DNA of 64,000 bases from Legionellales bacterium (GTDB taxonomy: Bacteria > Pseudomonadota > Gammaproteobacteria > JAHCLG01): positions 29,782-93,781 of the forward strand of contig JAHCLG010000004.1 of the NCBI GenBank assembly GCA_026125385.1. The letters run 5' to 3'. The notes beneath the pieces were generated by a model that saw nothing but the letters and a program-made list of their open reading frames with translations, did no database searches and was not told where the DNA came from. A program made the position numbers and the translations under genes. Positions 31,558-40,860 of this stretch are shown one piece after another. Position 1 is the stretch's first letter. Every line of letters starts with the position of its first letter.

Positions 31558-32921
31558 TGAAAACCATCATCGAACCTTTTCGGATTAAAAGCGTAGAACC
31601 CATCCGCATGACTACTCGCGAAGAACGTCAAGAATTATTACGCCGCGTGGATTACAACTTATTTGGTCTACAATCTCAAGATGTGATAATTGATTTATTA
31701 ACGGACTCTGGTACGTCGGCGATGAGTGCGGAGCAGTGGGCAGCCTTACAACGCGGTGATGAAAGTTATGCAGGTTCCGCCTCGTTTTATCGTTTTGTTG
31801 AAAGCGTTCAAGAATTAATGCCGTTTCGTCACATTATTCCTACTCATCAAGGTCGTGCCGCAGAACGAATTTTAATGTCGATTGTGGGTGGCGAAGGAAA
31901 ACGCATTCCCAATAATACCCATTTTGATACCACACGCGCGAATATTGAGGCCACACACGCGCTCGCGGAAAATCTCGCTATTGCAGAAAGTAATCAACCT
32001 AATACCTTGCATCCGTTTAAAGGTAATATGGATATTGAAAAATTGGATGCGTATTTAGCGCAATATTCACAGCAAGTTCCATTAGTCATGATTACGATCA
32101 CCAATAATGCCGGTGGTGGTCAACCGGTTTCATTAGCCAATATTCGCGAAACCAAACGTATTTGTGAAAAACACGGTAAATTATTATTTATCGATGGTTG
32201 TCGTTTTGCTGAAAATGCGTATTTTATTAAATTACGTGAAGCAGGGTATGAAAATAAGCCTATTAAAGAAATTGTGCGTGAAATTTTTTCTTATGCAGAT
32301 GGCATGACCATGAGTGCTAAAAAAGATGCCTTTGCCAATATCGGTGGATGGCTGGCATTAAATGACGATCAATTAGCCGAACAATGCCGCAATGAATTAG
32401 TGATTAGCGAAGGTTTTCCAACCTATGGTGGTTTAGCTGGACGCGATTTGGATGCCATTGCGCAAGGTTTAAAAGAAATTGTCGCAGAAGATTATTTGCA
32501 TTATCGACTTCGCACCGCGCAATACCTGGGCGATGCGTTAGAAAAAATTGGAGTGCCACACATTAAACCCGTGGGCGCACATGCGGTTTATGTGGATGCT
32601 CGTGCCATGTTGCCGCATATCGATCCTTTAGATTATCCAGGACAAGCGCTCTGTATCGCATTATATGAAATCGGTGGTGTTCGGGCATGTGAAATTGGTA
32701 GTGTAGTATTTGGTAAACAACCCGATGGCAGCGAAAAACCCGCAGACATGGATTTGGTACGGTTAGCATTTCCACGTCGAGCTTATACGCAAAGTCATTT
32801 TGATTATGTCATCGAATGTTTGCAGGAATTATATTGCCAGCGTGAAAAATTACGTGGGGTAAAAATTGTTTGGCAACCGCGTTTTTTACGTCATTTTACC
32901 GCGAAATTTTCACCACTCTAA
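31557..32921 (+). CDS. tnaA: beta-eliminating lyase, tryptophanase/tyrosine phenol-lyase family (closer to tryptophanase)
   Basis: Collinear with E. coli TnaA and TPL: PFRIKSVEP, DLLTDSGT, PTHQGRAAE, SAKKDA PLP-lysine region, C-terminal LRHFTAKF. Confidence 0.8.
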   Translation: MKTIIEPFRIKSVEPIRMTTREERQELLRRVDYNLFGLQSQDVIIDLLTDSGTSAMSAEQWAALQRGDESYAGSASFYRFVESVQELMPFRHIIPTHQGRAAERILMSIVGGEGKRIPNNTHFDTTRANIEATHALAENLAIAESNQPNTLHPFKGNMDIEKLDAYLAQYSQQVPLVMITITNNAGGGQPVSLANIRETKRICEKHGKLLFIDGCRFAENAYFIKLREAGYENKPIKEIVREIFSYADGMTMSAKKDAFANIGGWLALNDDQLAEQCRNELVISEGFPTYGGLAGRDLDAIAQGLKEIVAEDYLHYRLRTAQYLGDALEKIGVPHIKPVGAHAVYVDARAMLPHIDPLDYPGQALCIALYEIGGVRACEIGSVVFGKQPDGSEKPADMDLVRLAFPRRAYTQSHFDYVIECLQELYCQREKLRGVKIVWQPRFLRHFTAKFSPL

Positions 32922-32923
32922 AC

Positions 32924-32998
32924 AGGAGTTTCGCACCAGTGCGCTACTCCTGGTTATAACAAAGTTATGGTAGTTTATGAAAAGTTATGGTAGTTTAT
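32924..32998. repeat. hairpin of the CAGGAGTTTCGCAC family (probable tnaA terminator) followed by an 18-bp tandem direct repeat AAAGTTATGGTAGTTTAT x2
   Basis: Read at 32924-32955 and 32958-32996. Confidence 0.55.
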
Positions 32999-33032
32999 AA
33001 AAAATTCATAACATTAGCTAAGATTGTTATAT

Positions 33033-34220
33033 ATGGATCCACGCACTAACCCATATGCCCCTGGCGCAGGTACGCAACCACCCGAGTTGGCGGGGCGAGA
33101 GGACATTATCGAAAAAGCGGCTATTGCCTTAGATCGTTGCCGCAACGGGCTATCTGCGCGGGGAATTGTTTTGGTCGGATTGCGTGGAGTGGGAAAAACC
33201 GTATTGTTAAATCGAATTGCTCAAGAAGCACAAGCTAACGATTTTGCGGTAGTAACAATTGAAACACCTGAAAAACGCTCATTACCTGCATTACTTATAC
33301 CAGCATTACGCGCCGTATTATTGAGACTTAATCGCGTAGCCGCCATGGGTCAATTAGCCCAAAAAGCATTGCGAGTACTGGGTGGTTTTGTGACAGCAAT
33401 GAAAGTGAAATATGATGATGTCGAGTTTGGAGTCGATCTAGGTAAACAACCAGGTATTGCGGATTCCGGCGATTTGGAACATGATTTAGTAGAACTTTTC
33501 CTTGAAATAGGAAAAACAGTTCAAGCTCACCATACGGCCTTGGCATTATTTATCGATGAAATTCAGTATATTAAAGAAGATCAATTTGCGGCATTAATTA
33601 TGGCACTGCATAAATGCGCGCAACAACGCCTTCCTGTATTATTAATTGGAGCGGGATTACCACAATTAGTGGGGCAAGCAGGGCGTGCAAAATCCTACGC
33701 TGAACGCTTATTTGAATATCCTGAAATTGGCCCTTTAAGTGAAATTGCTGCAAAAGCAGCGCTTGAAGTGCCGGCCAAAAAGCTGAAAGTTAAGTTTGCA
33801 AAAGTTGCCTTGGACGAAATTTTAAAACAAACACAATCCTACCCCTATTTTATTCAAGAGTGGGGTAAACACAGTTGGCAAGTGGCGCAACGATCACCTA
33901 TTACACTTAACGATGTAAAGTTAGCGACAGAGTTAGCCATCACTGAACTTGATATGAGTTTTTTCCGTGTGCGTTTTGATCGTTTAACACCTCAAGAAAA
34001 AAAATATCTGAGGGCGATGGCTGAATTAGATTTAAATTTACGCCGTTCGGGCGATATTGCGCATTTGCTAAAACGTGAAGTCCAAGCCGTGGCACCAACC
34101 CGTGCAAGTTTAATTGCCAAAGGAATGATTTATAGCCCAGCGCACGGCGATAATGCGTTTACTGTGCCTTTATTTAGTGATTATATAAAGCGAGTAATTC
34201 CAGAATTAGAAATACTCTGA
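33033..34220 (+). CDS. orphan AAA+ (AAA_16/Orc1-like) ATPase, paralog 3
   Basis: Walker A GLRGVGKTVL and Walker B ALFIDEIQY. The ATG at 33033 is used; the ORF-track start at 33024 is TTG. Confidence 0.7.
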   Translation: MDPRTNPYAPGAGTQPPELAGREDIIEKAAIALDRCRNGLSARGIVLVGLRGVGKTVLLNRIAQEAQANDFAVVTIETPEKRSLPALLIPALRAVLLRLNRVAAMGQLAQKALRVLGGFVTAMKVKYDDVEFGVDLGKQPGIADSGDLEHDLVELFLEIGKTVQAHHTALALFIDEIQYIKEDQFAALIMALHKCAQQRLPVLLIGAGLPQLVGQAGRAKSYAERLFEYPEIGPLSEIAAKAALEVPAKKLKVKFAKVALDEILKQTQSYPYFIQEWGKHSWQVAQRSPITLNDVKLATELAITELDMSFFRVRFDRLTPQEKKYLRAMAELDLNLRRSGDIAHLLKREVQAVAPTRASLIAKGMIYSPAHGDNAFTVPLFSDYIKRVIPELEIL

Positions 34221-34273
34221 TGACCATGTAAAATTTCCAATCTTGGCCTGATCAAGTGCTGATTCCTTGCGCT

Positions 34274-34822
34274 TCAGCGTGGGGTAACATCCGTGAAAGT
34301 ACATGTCACCGTTGCTCCTGGCCCTGTCATGATAGGAGGATTGGCGTGAACAATCATTGAAATGGCTTGAGGCTGCCCAGTTGTATTCTGTAAAGGAAGT
34401 CCTGACGGATATGGAGGAGTTCCCGATAAGTTTATTACCGTACTAGAAAAGTCACCTAGTCGAAAACACGTACCAGCAACGATGGGGGAGGATGCTACAC
34501 TTAATGATACACCGTTAAAAGGAGCGTTTATTTGGCAATTGTAAGTGTAGTTTACATCAGGCCCAAGTTGCCCAAAAATATGTGATCTACCCTTCACTGA
34601 GCATTGGGCTGTCGCATTCATACCATCGACCGGAATGTCTGTACAAGAATCGGGTATTGGTGGATTAGCCATGGTGGTTATGTTGCCAGTCATAGAATTC
34701 ATAGAAGGAAGTGTGATAGTAATAGGGCCAGCCGTGCAATCAACTGGTGCATCCGCTGCTAGTGACATGGAACTTAAAGACGTCAAACCTAAAATCATGA
34801 TACAAGCAGCAATGGTTTTCAT
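34274..34822 (-). CDS. secreted hypothetical protein (signal peptide; Cys/Thr/Pro/Gly-rich, 182 aa)
   Basis: N-terminal MKTIAACIMILGLTSLSSMSLAADAP signal peptide, 8 mature-domain Cys and low-complexity T/P/S/G composition. No known domain. Confidence 0.5.
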   Translation of the reverse strand: MKTIAACIMILGLTSLSSMSLAADAPVDCTAGPITITLPSMNSMTGNITTMANPPIPDSCTDIPVDGMNATAQCSVKGRSHIFGQLGPDVNYTYNCQINAPFNGVSLSVASSPIVAGTCFRLGDFSSTVINLSGTPPYPSGLPLQNTTGQPQAISMIVHANPPIMTGPGATVTCTFTDVTPR

Positions 34823-35043
34823 TATCCTATCCTATTTTTTGTTTAATTATTTAAACTATAGCATAAATCATGATTTGTGAATACTTGCGTCTTGCGTTTT
34901 GCAACTTACGGCGTTCTATCATAAAACTTTCTCCTGCGGCCAAACAGCAAGATACTGTAACACATTGATTTAAAATTTTTTTATTTAGGGGTAATTGATA
35001 GGTGCTATGGTAAATGAGAAACCTCCATGGAACACCGAGAATA

Positions 35044-35646
35044 TCACCAACCCACTCGTAGCACTTGACCGGTTTGCAAACCTTCGACACATTTCTCAAA
35101 GGCCGCTGCAACCACTTGCGCTTCTACCGGCGGATAACCGCGGAAATACGTTTCATACGCCGGCAAGGATTCTTTGACTACCGTGGGACTGACTAAATTA
35201 ATGCGTAAACTACGCGGCATTTCAATGGCGGCACCGGTCACAAATCCTTCTAACGCCCCATTTACCATCGCAGCTGAAACGCCATAGCGAATGGGATCGC
35301 GATTTAACAAGCCACTAATCAGGGTAAATGAACCTCGATCGTTTACATGATTGAGACCGTGTAAGACTAAATTCACTTGTCCCATTAATTTATTCTCTAA
35401 ACCAATTTTGAATAACTCCGGTGTCATAGCGGTTAAGTCGTCGAAATGGACGAGCCCTGCGGCACACACCACGGCATCGACCGACCCAATTTTTTCATAG
35501 AGGGTTTTAATTGAATGTGCGTCGCTTAAATCCACTTGCGCATCACCGGAATGGGCATTGGCGACGACAATTTGGTGACGTTCACTTAAGTTTTTAACAA
35601 TCGCCTGACCAATTGTGCCCGATCCGCCTACCACTAATATTTTCAT
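35044..35646 (-). CDS. short-chain dehydrogenase/reductase-like NAD(P)-binding protein
   Basis: MKILVVGGSGTIGQAI Rossmann motif. 200 aa. Confidence 0.7.
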   Translation of the reverse strand: MKILVVGGSGTIGQAIVKNLSERHQIVVANAHSGDAQVDLSDAHSIKTLYEKIGSVDAVVCAAGLVHFDDLTAMTPELFKIGLENKLMGQVNLVLHGLNHVNDRGSFTLISGLLNRDPIRYGVSAAMVNGALEGFVTGAAIEMPRSLRINLVSPTVVKESLPAYETYFRGYPPVEAQVVAAAFEKCVEGLQTGQVLRVGW

Positions 35647-35732
35647 GATTGTCTCCTTAAATTAATAAATTCTGGCTTAAGCTCATGAGCTTCGGTATAC
35701 TTTCTGCCTTTCTAATCTTAAGTAATCAAACC

Positions 35733-36161
35733 ATGGATCATCAAGTTATCGAATTTATTCATAATCACTGGGTGCTGGTTGCTATGGCCATAACCCTGAT
35801 GATAATTATTATCGCTTATGAATTCATTTCAGCACAAGGCGGCGGGCAGAAGGTTTCCACCGCAGAAGCCATTCGATTAATCAACAGTAGCGATGCTGTA
35901 ATTCTCGACATACGGGATGAATCGGTATTTAAACAGGGGCATGTGTTAAATGCGTTGCACTTTCAGGCCAACGACGTTGAGAAGCAAATCAAAAAATTAA
36001 ATAAACATCGTGAAAAACCCATCATCATTTGCGATCAATATGGTCAGCAGGCAGCTAAATTTGTTAAACAATTAAAAGCGCAAGGTTTCACCGACGTACG
36101 AATATTACAAGGTGGTATGCAAGCTTGGCAAAGTGAAAATTTGCCTATGGTTACAGAATAA
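35733..36161 (+). CDS. membrane-anchored rhodanese-domain protein (YibN-like)
   Basis: N-terminal TM followed by a rhodanese domain (IICDQYGQQA active-site Cys region). Conserved position before grxC-secB-gpsA. Confidence 0.8.
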   Translation: MDHQVIEFIHNHWVLVAMAITLMIIIIAYEFISAQGGGQKVSTAEAIRLINSSDAVILDIRDESVFKQGHVLNALHFQANDVEKQIKKLNKHREKPIIICDQYGQQAAKFVKQLKAQGFTDVRILQGGMQAWQSENLPMVTE

Positions 36162-36194
36162 GTTAGCCTTATTATTTTGAGTGGATAAAAAATC

Positions 36195-36446
36195 ATGGCA
36201 GAAATTATTATTTATACCAAAAGTACCTGTCCTTATTGCATACGGGCACGCCAATTATTGCAGCAAAAAAATGCAACATTTACCGAGATTAGTGTGGATA
36301 ATGATCCTGAAAAACGCCGTGAGATGGAACAACTCAGTAACCGCCATACGGTTCCACAAATTTTTATCAACCAACAACACATTGGTGGTTGCGACGATTT
36401 ATACGCGCTCGATAGTGAAGGTAAATTAGACGAATTACTAGCTTAA
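36195..36446 (+). CDS. grxC: glutaredoxin 3
   Basis: CPYC active site (IIIYTKSTCPYCIRA), TVPQIFI and GGCDDL motifs. Confidence 0.9.
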   Translation: MAEIIIYTKSTCPYCIRARQLLQQKNATFTEISVDNDPEKRREMEQLSNRHTVPQIFINQQHIGGCDDLYALDSEGKLDELLA

Positions 36447-36467
36447 TTTTTACAAGGGGAAATAATC

Positions 36468-36923
36468 ATGGTGAATGATGCTAACACTGATAATAAACCA
36501 GAATTTGCAATTCAACGAATTTATGTCAAAGATTTATCCTTTGAATCTCCCAATGCACCAGAAGTATTTCGTGGTGAATGGAAACCTGAAGTTAAATTTG
36601 AATTGAATACATCGCATAATGAATTAAGCGATAACAATTACGAAGTCACTTTAGCAGTAACTGTCACGGCAGAAGTTGACAAAAAAGTGGCATTTTTAGT
36701 GGAAGTAAAACAGTCTGGAATTTTCACTATTTCAGGCATCGAGGGCGAACAAAAAGAAGGAATTCTTGGTAGTTTCTGCCCAACCATTTTATTTCCTTAT
36801 TTGCGCGAAACGGTTTCCGATATCGTCACACGCGGCAGCTTCCCACAACTGTATTTAGCTCCCATTAATTTCGATGCTGTGTATGCAGAGCATTTGAAAC
36901 AAAAGAAAAATGGTGGGCAATAA
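36468..36923 (+). CDS. secB: protein-export chaperone SecB
   Basis: FAIQRIYVKDLSFE...PTILFPYLRE is a typical SecB pattern. Confidence 0.9.
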   Translation: MVNDANTDNKPEFAIQRIYVKDLSFESPNAPEVFRGEWKPEVKFELNTSHNELSDNNYEVTLAVTVTAEVDKKVAFLVEVKQSGIFTISGIEGEQKEGILGSFCPTILFPYLRETVSDIVTRGSFPQLYLAPINFDAVYAEHLKQKKNGGQ

Positions 36924-37923
36924 TAATTTGTCTTCATCCATTGCAGTGCTTGGCGCAGGTTCTTGGGGAACTGCGCTAGCCATTGCCTTGGCGCGTAAAC
37001 ATCATCAGGTTTTTTTGTGGGGGCGCGATGCGTCACACATCGCCAACTTACAACAGACCGGTTGTAATCAAAAATATTTACCCAATGCAAATTTTCCAGC
37101 GAATTTAATTCCACATGCCGATCTTGAATGGGTATTACAACACGTTGTTGGCGTGTTAATTGTGATCCCTTCTCATGGTTTCAGCGCTTGTTTGGCTCAA
37201 TTAAAACCGTTGCTAAAAAAACATCATCAACTTGCTTTCGCAACCAAGGGGCTCGATCCTGATTCAGGAAAATTTTTACATGAATTGGTGATTGAGTATT
37301 TAGGGCAACGCGATATCGCGGTTTTATCGGGGCCTTCTTTTGCTGCGGAAGTTGCTGAACAAAAACCCACGGCAGTGACCATTGCAGCTAATTCTCTTCG
37401 TTATGCGCAACAATGGCAGGCGTATTTTCATACGCCGTATTTTCGCGTATATACCTCAACCGATTTAGTGGGTGTTGCGATTGGTGGTGCGGTTAAGAAT
37501 GTTTTAGCAATTGCCGTCGGGATCAGTGATGGTTTAGGGTTTGGCATGAATGCGCGTGCTGGATTAATGACGCGTGGATTTACCGAAATGCGGCGTTTAG
37601 GTAAAGCATTAGGCGCAGAAGAAGAAACACTCTTAAATTTAGCTGGATTAGGCGATTTAATTTTAACCTGTAGCGATAATCAATCGCGTAATCGACGATT
37701 TGGTATCGCCTTAGGCGAAGGGAAATCTCTGATTGAAGCGAAACAAATGATAGCTAGAACCATTGAGGGAATTAATACTAGCCAAGAAATTTTTCAATTA
37801 GCGACGCAATACCAGATTGAAATGCCGATCTGCGAACAAGTTTTCCAAGTATTATATCACCACCAAACCGTGCAAAAAGCAGTGCAAACGTTATTAGCTC
37901 GTATTCCTAAAGATGAAAATTGA
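36910..37923 (+). CDS. gpsA: NAD(P)H-dependent glycerol-3-phosphate dehydrogenase
   Basis: IAVLGAGSWGTALA Rossmann motif and the GpsA C-terminal domain. Confidence 0.9.
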   Translation: MVGNNNLSSSIAVLGAGSWGTALAIALARKHHQVFLWGRDASHIANLQQTGCNQKYLPNANFPANLIPHADLEWVLQHVVGVLIVIPSHGFSACLAQLKPLLKKHHQLAFATKGLDPDSGKFLHELVIEYLGQRDIAVLSGPSFAAEVAEQKPTAVTIAANSLRYAQQWQAYFHTPYFRVYTSTDLVGVAIGGAVKNVLAIAVGISDGLGFGMNARAGLMTRGFTEMRRLGKALGAEEETLLNLAGLGDLILTCSDNQSRNRRFGIALGEGKSLIEAKQMIARTIEGINTSQEIFQLATQYQIEMPICEQVFQVLYHHQTVQKAVQTLLARIPKDEN

Positions 37924-37924
37924 C

Positions 37925-38085
37925 GTAGCTGTAGCCTGGAACGGAGCGCAGCGGAGATCCAGGATCCAGAGCATCTTTAAAACACCGATCCTGGATCTCC
38001 GCTGCGCTGCGTTCCAGGCTACCCTGCGCTGCGTTCCAGGTTACACTGCGCTCTGTTCCAGGCTACATCAATTAATTAAATCCTA
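37925..38085. repeat. second REP/BIME-like element of the GTAGCCTGGAACGGAGCGCAGC family (palindrome plus two extra units), in the convergent gpsA/trmL spacer
   Basis: GTAGCCTGGAACGGAGCGCAGCGGAGATCCAGGATC ... GATCCTGGATCTCCGCTGCGCTGCGTTCCAGGCTAC, followed by two degenerate inverted units. Confidence 0.8.
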
Positions 38086-38530
38086 GCTGGCGCCAGGCTT
38101 CAAATAAAATAATCGCGCAGGCATTGGATAAATTTAAACTGCGATTATTGGGTTTCATGGGAATGCGGATACAGGTATTTTGCTGATTAAACTGCTCAAT
38201 TATATTATTAGGCAAACCACGCGTCTCTGCGCCAAATAATAAAATATCATTGTCTTGATAATTCACCTCGGTATACATTTTTTTACCCTTTGTCGAACAG
38301 GCAAAAATTCGTTGCGAGGAAGTTTGCAAAAAAAATTCATCGATAGTTTCATGAATCTTAACATTGGCTAAATCATGATAATCTAATCCAGCGCGACGTA
38401 ATTGTTTATCTTCTAAGGCAAATCCTAGCGGTTTAATTAAATGTAAATGAGCACCACAATTAGCACATAAACGAATAATATTTCCCGTATTGGGAGGGAT
38501 TTCAGGTTCTAATAAAGCAACGTGTACCAT
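38072..38530 (-). CDS. trmL: tRNA (cytidine34/uridine34-2'-O)-methyltransferase TrmL (SpoU family)
   Basis: LEPEIPPNTGNIIRLCAN motif, as in E. coli TrmL/YibK. Confidence 0.85.
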   Translation of the reverse strand: MVHVALLEPEIPPNTGNIIRLCANCGAHLHLIKPLGFALEDKQLRRAGLDYHDLANVKIHETIDEFFLQTSSQRIFACSTKGKKMYTEVNYQDNDILLFGAETRGLPNNIIEQFNQQNTCIRIPMKPNNRSLNLSNACAIILFEAWRQLGFN

Positions 38531-39303
38531 TAGTTTGTGTCAATCCCGCTTAAGACATCCTCTTCTTCCGCACTAGTGGCATGATTTTCGCTGGTGGCAG
38601 TCGTGGTTGAACGAGCGTAATTTTGCTGGATCATTTTTTGTCGACGTTGGAAATAAGCGTCGCGGAAAAACACATACGGATCAAGTGCTGCTTGATCGAC
38701 AACTTCTTCAGCACTGAGCAAACTGGCGCGATAATTTAATCCGTCCAAGGCTAATAGTGAATAAGTGACTTTCGATTTTAAATGAGGATAAATGGTAAAG
38801 GCATAATAATCGACTGGAATGCCGATGGCATCGCGCACTGTACTGGGGCCGAGAAACGGGATCACTAAATAGGGTGAGCGAGTCCAACCCCAGCGTGCTA
38901 AGGTTAAACCAAAATCTTCGCTATGCGGTTTTAATCCCATGTGTTTTGCCGTATCGAAAATTCCACCCACACCAATGGTGGAATTAATGGCAAAGCGACC
39001 AGTATCATGCAGAGCTTGTGCTGGATTTATTTGTAATAAATCATTCGCAACAGTAGGAATTTCCGCTAAATTATTAAAAACATTGGTAACCCCTGCGCGC
39101 ACCGTCCATGGTAATAATTTTTGATAAACTTCGGCAACGGGTTTTAAAAATGTGGTATCGAGATCTTCGTTGAATTGATAACTTTGACGATTAAATGCTT
39201 CGTAGGGATCACTGGGATCTTGAGGGGAATTCTTTACGGTGGCGCAAGCCGATAATACTAAACTCACCAAGCACAAACTGCATGTTGTCAGAAATGATTT
39301 CAC
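38530..39303 (-). CDS. mlaA: MlaA/VacJ-family outer-membrane lipoprotein
   Basis: Lipobox LSAC, NDPYEAFNRQSYQFN and the VacJ core pattern. Confidence 0.8.
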   Translation of the reverse strand: MKSFLTTCSLCLVSLVLSACATVKNSPQDPSDPYEAFNRQSYQFNEDLDTTFLKPVAEVYQKLLPWTVRAGVTNVFNNLAEIPTVANDLLQINPAQALHDTGRFAINSTIGVGGIFDTAKHMGLKPHSEDFGLTLARWGWTRSPYLVIPFLGPSTVRDAIGIPVDYYAFTIYPHLKSKVTYSLLALDGLNYRASLLSAEEVVDQAALDPYVFFRDAYFQRRQKMIQQNYARSTTTATSENHATSAEEEDVLSGIDTN

Positions 39304-39352
39304 GTTAAACCCTCACTCAAAAACCCTATGTGCTTTTGTATCAGTGATGGGC

Positions 39353-40609
39353 TTAAGAATCAAGACTTAAACAAATTAATCCATCGGCAAGTTTAGGATC
39401 GAACCAGGTGGACTTCGGTGGCATAATCGCGCCCTGATCGGCAATTGTCATTAATTCCTCAATGCTGGTGGGATAAAGGCTAAATCCAGCTACCGCTTCG
39501 CCGCCATCAACTAAATCTTCAATGTCATCGATACTGTGTTGACCACCCACAAACTCAAGGCGTTGATCAGTCCGCGAATCCATAATGCCTAAAATATCTT
39601 GTAAAATATGACGATCTAATAAACTGACCGCTAATTTCGCGATAGGATCGGCATGTTTGATTAATTGTTCTGGGAACTCTAAACGGAACCAACGTGAATC
39701 GAGATATAAACCGATTTCAAGGGGATGTTTAGGCGTAATTGCCTCATCTTCTTCGTGGATATCGCAAATTTCTTCAATGCGTTTTAAAAAATCGGAATAA
39801 GTTAATTGACCGAAATTTAATACTAGACGATTATAACTTAAAATTTTTAATTGATCGCTTGGGAATAAGGCCGCTAAAAAATAATTATGTGCGCCATGTT
39901 GATGCTTTAAATTTTTTGCTCGCATTTCTGCAACTTGTGCGGCGGCAGCCGTGCGATGATGCCCATCGGCAATATATAAAAAATTAATATTATTAAATAA
40001 TAAGCTTATTTGGTGAATAATATTAGGATTATCAATGACCCAAAATTCGTGCTGTATTTCATCATCATCAAAGGTGGAAAAGTTGGGGGCTTGTTGTGTA
40101 ATAATCGTGGTGATTAAATCGTTAATTTTCGGTTGTGAACGATAGGTGAGTAATACCGGTGAAACTTGCGCATTAACAGAAGTAATATGCCGCACGCGAT
40201 CCAATTCTTTGGCGGGTCGGGTTAATTCGTGTTTAATCACGCGATTATTTAAATAGGCATCGATGCTAACCGCTGCCACTAAACCTGTCTGTGCATGATC
40301 ATCAGTGGTTAAACGATAAAGATAATAATAGGGTTTGGGATCGGGTTGTAAAATGCCGGCTGCAAGTAGTTGCCGGTAATTTTCCATGCCTTTGGCGTAG
40401 ACACGTGGATCGTATTGATCGATATCAAAGCTTAAATCGATTTCAGGTTTTGAAACATGCAAAAAATTCCACGGCCGATTGCGGGCAAAATCGTAAGCTT
40501 CAATACGATTAATGACATCATAGGGTGGAGCAATGATTTCATCGACATATTCGCTTAACGGGCGAATACCAGCAAATGGGTTAACTAAATTCATAAATCC
40601 CTTACTCAC
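39353..40609 (-). CDS. DUF1015-family protein
   Basis: 418 aa; the start MSKGFMNLVNPFAGIRPLSEYVDEIIAPPYDVI is characteristic of DUF1015. Confidence 0.6.
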   Translation of the reverse strand: MSKGFMNLVNPFAGIRPLSEYVDEIIAPPYDVINRIEAYDFARNRPWNFLHVSKPEIDLSFDIDQYDPRVYAKGMENYRQLLAAGILQPDPKPYYYLYRLTTDDHAQTGLVAAVSIDAYLNNRVIKHELTRPAKELDRVRHITSVNAQVSPVLLTYRSQPKINDLITTIITQQAPNFSTFDDDEIQHEFWVIDNPNIIHQISLLFNNINFLYIADGHHRTAAAAQVAEMRAKNLKHQHGAHNYFLAALFPSDQLKILSYNRLVLNFGQLTYSDFLKRIEEICDIHEEDEAITPKHPLEIGLYLDSRWFRLEFPEQLIKHADPIAKLAVSLLDRHILQDILGIMDSRTDQRLEFVGGQHSIDDIEDLVDGGEAVAGFSLYPTSIEELMTIADQGAIMPPKSTWFDPKLADGLICLSLDS

Positions 40610-40630
40610 TTTTTCCTTTTATTAAGCTTA

Positions 40631-40675
40631 GCATGAGAACAGGAGTTTCGCACTTTCAGTGCGAAACTCCTGGAG
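40631..40675. promoter_or_regulatory. perfect hairpin CAGGAGTTTCGCACT-TTC-AGTGCGAAACTCCTGG (best-conserved member of the repeat family) in the DUF1015 upstream region
   Basis: Read directly. 15-bp perfect stem. Confidence 0.6.
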
Positions 40676-40860
40676 AATAAAATAGCGCAAAAATCCAGGG
40701 CGTGTTGACAATTTTATTGTGCTGGCGGTATCTCGTTAATTTATGGTGTTTCGTTGTTCATTTTTCTGCGTGTCAAGGTTACGCTAGTGTGCAAAAATCA
40801 ACGAGCTATGGCTCATTACAACGAATTGTCAACACCCCTACCACAGCGACATTTTGTGCA

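Noticed and set aside
36181-36429. 82-aa ORF overlapping grxC
   Set aside because: It is an alternative frame of the well-supported grxC gene.
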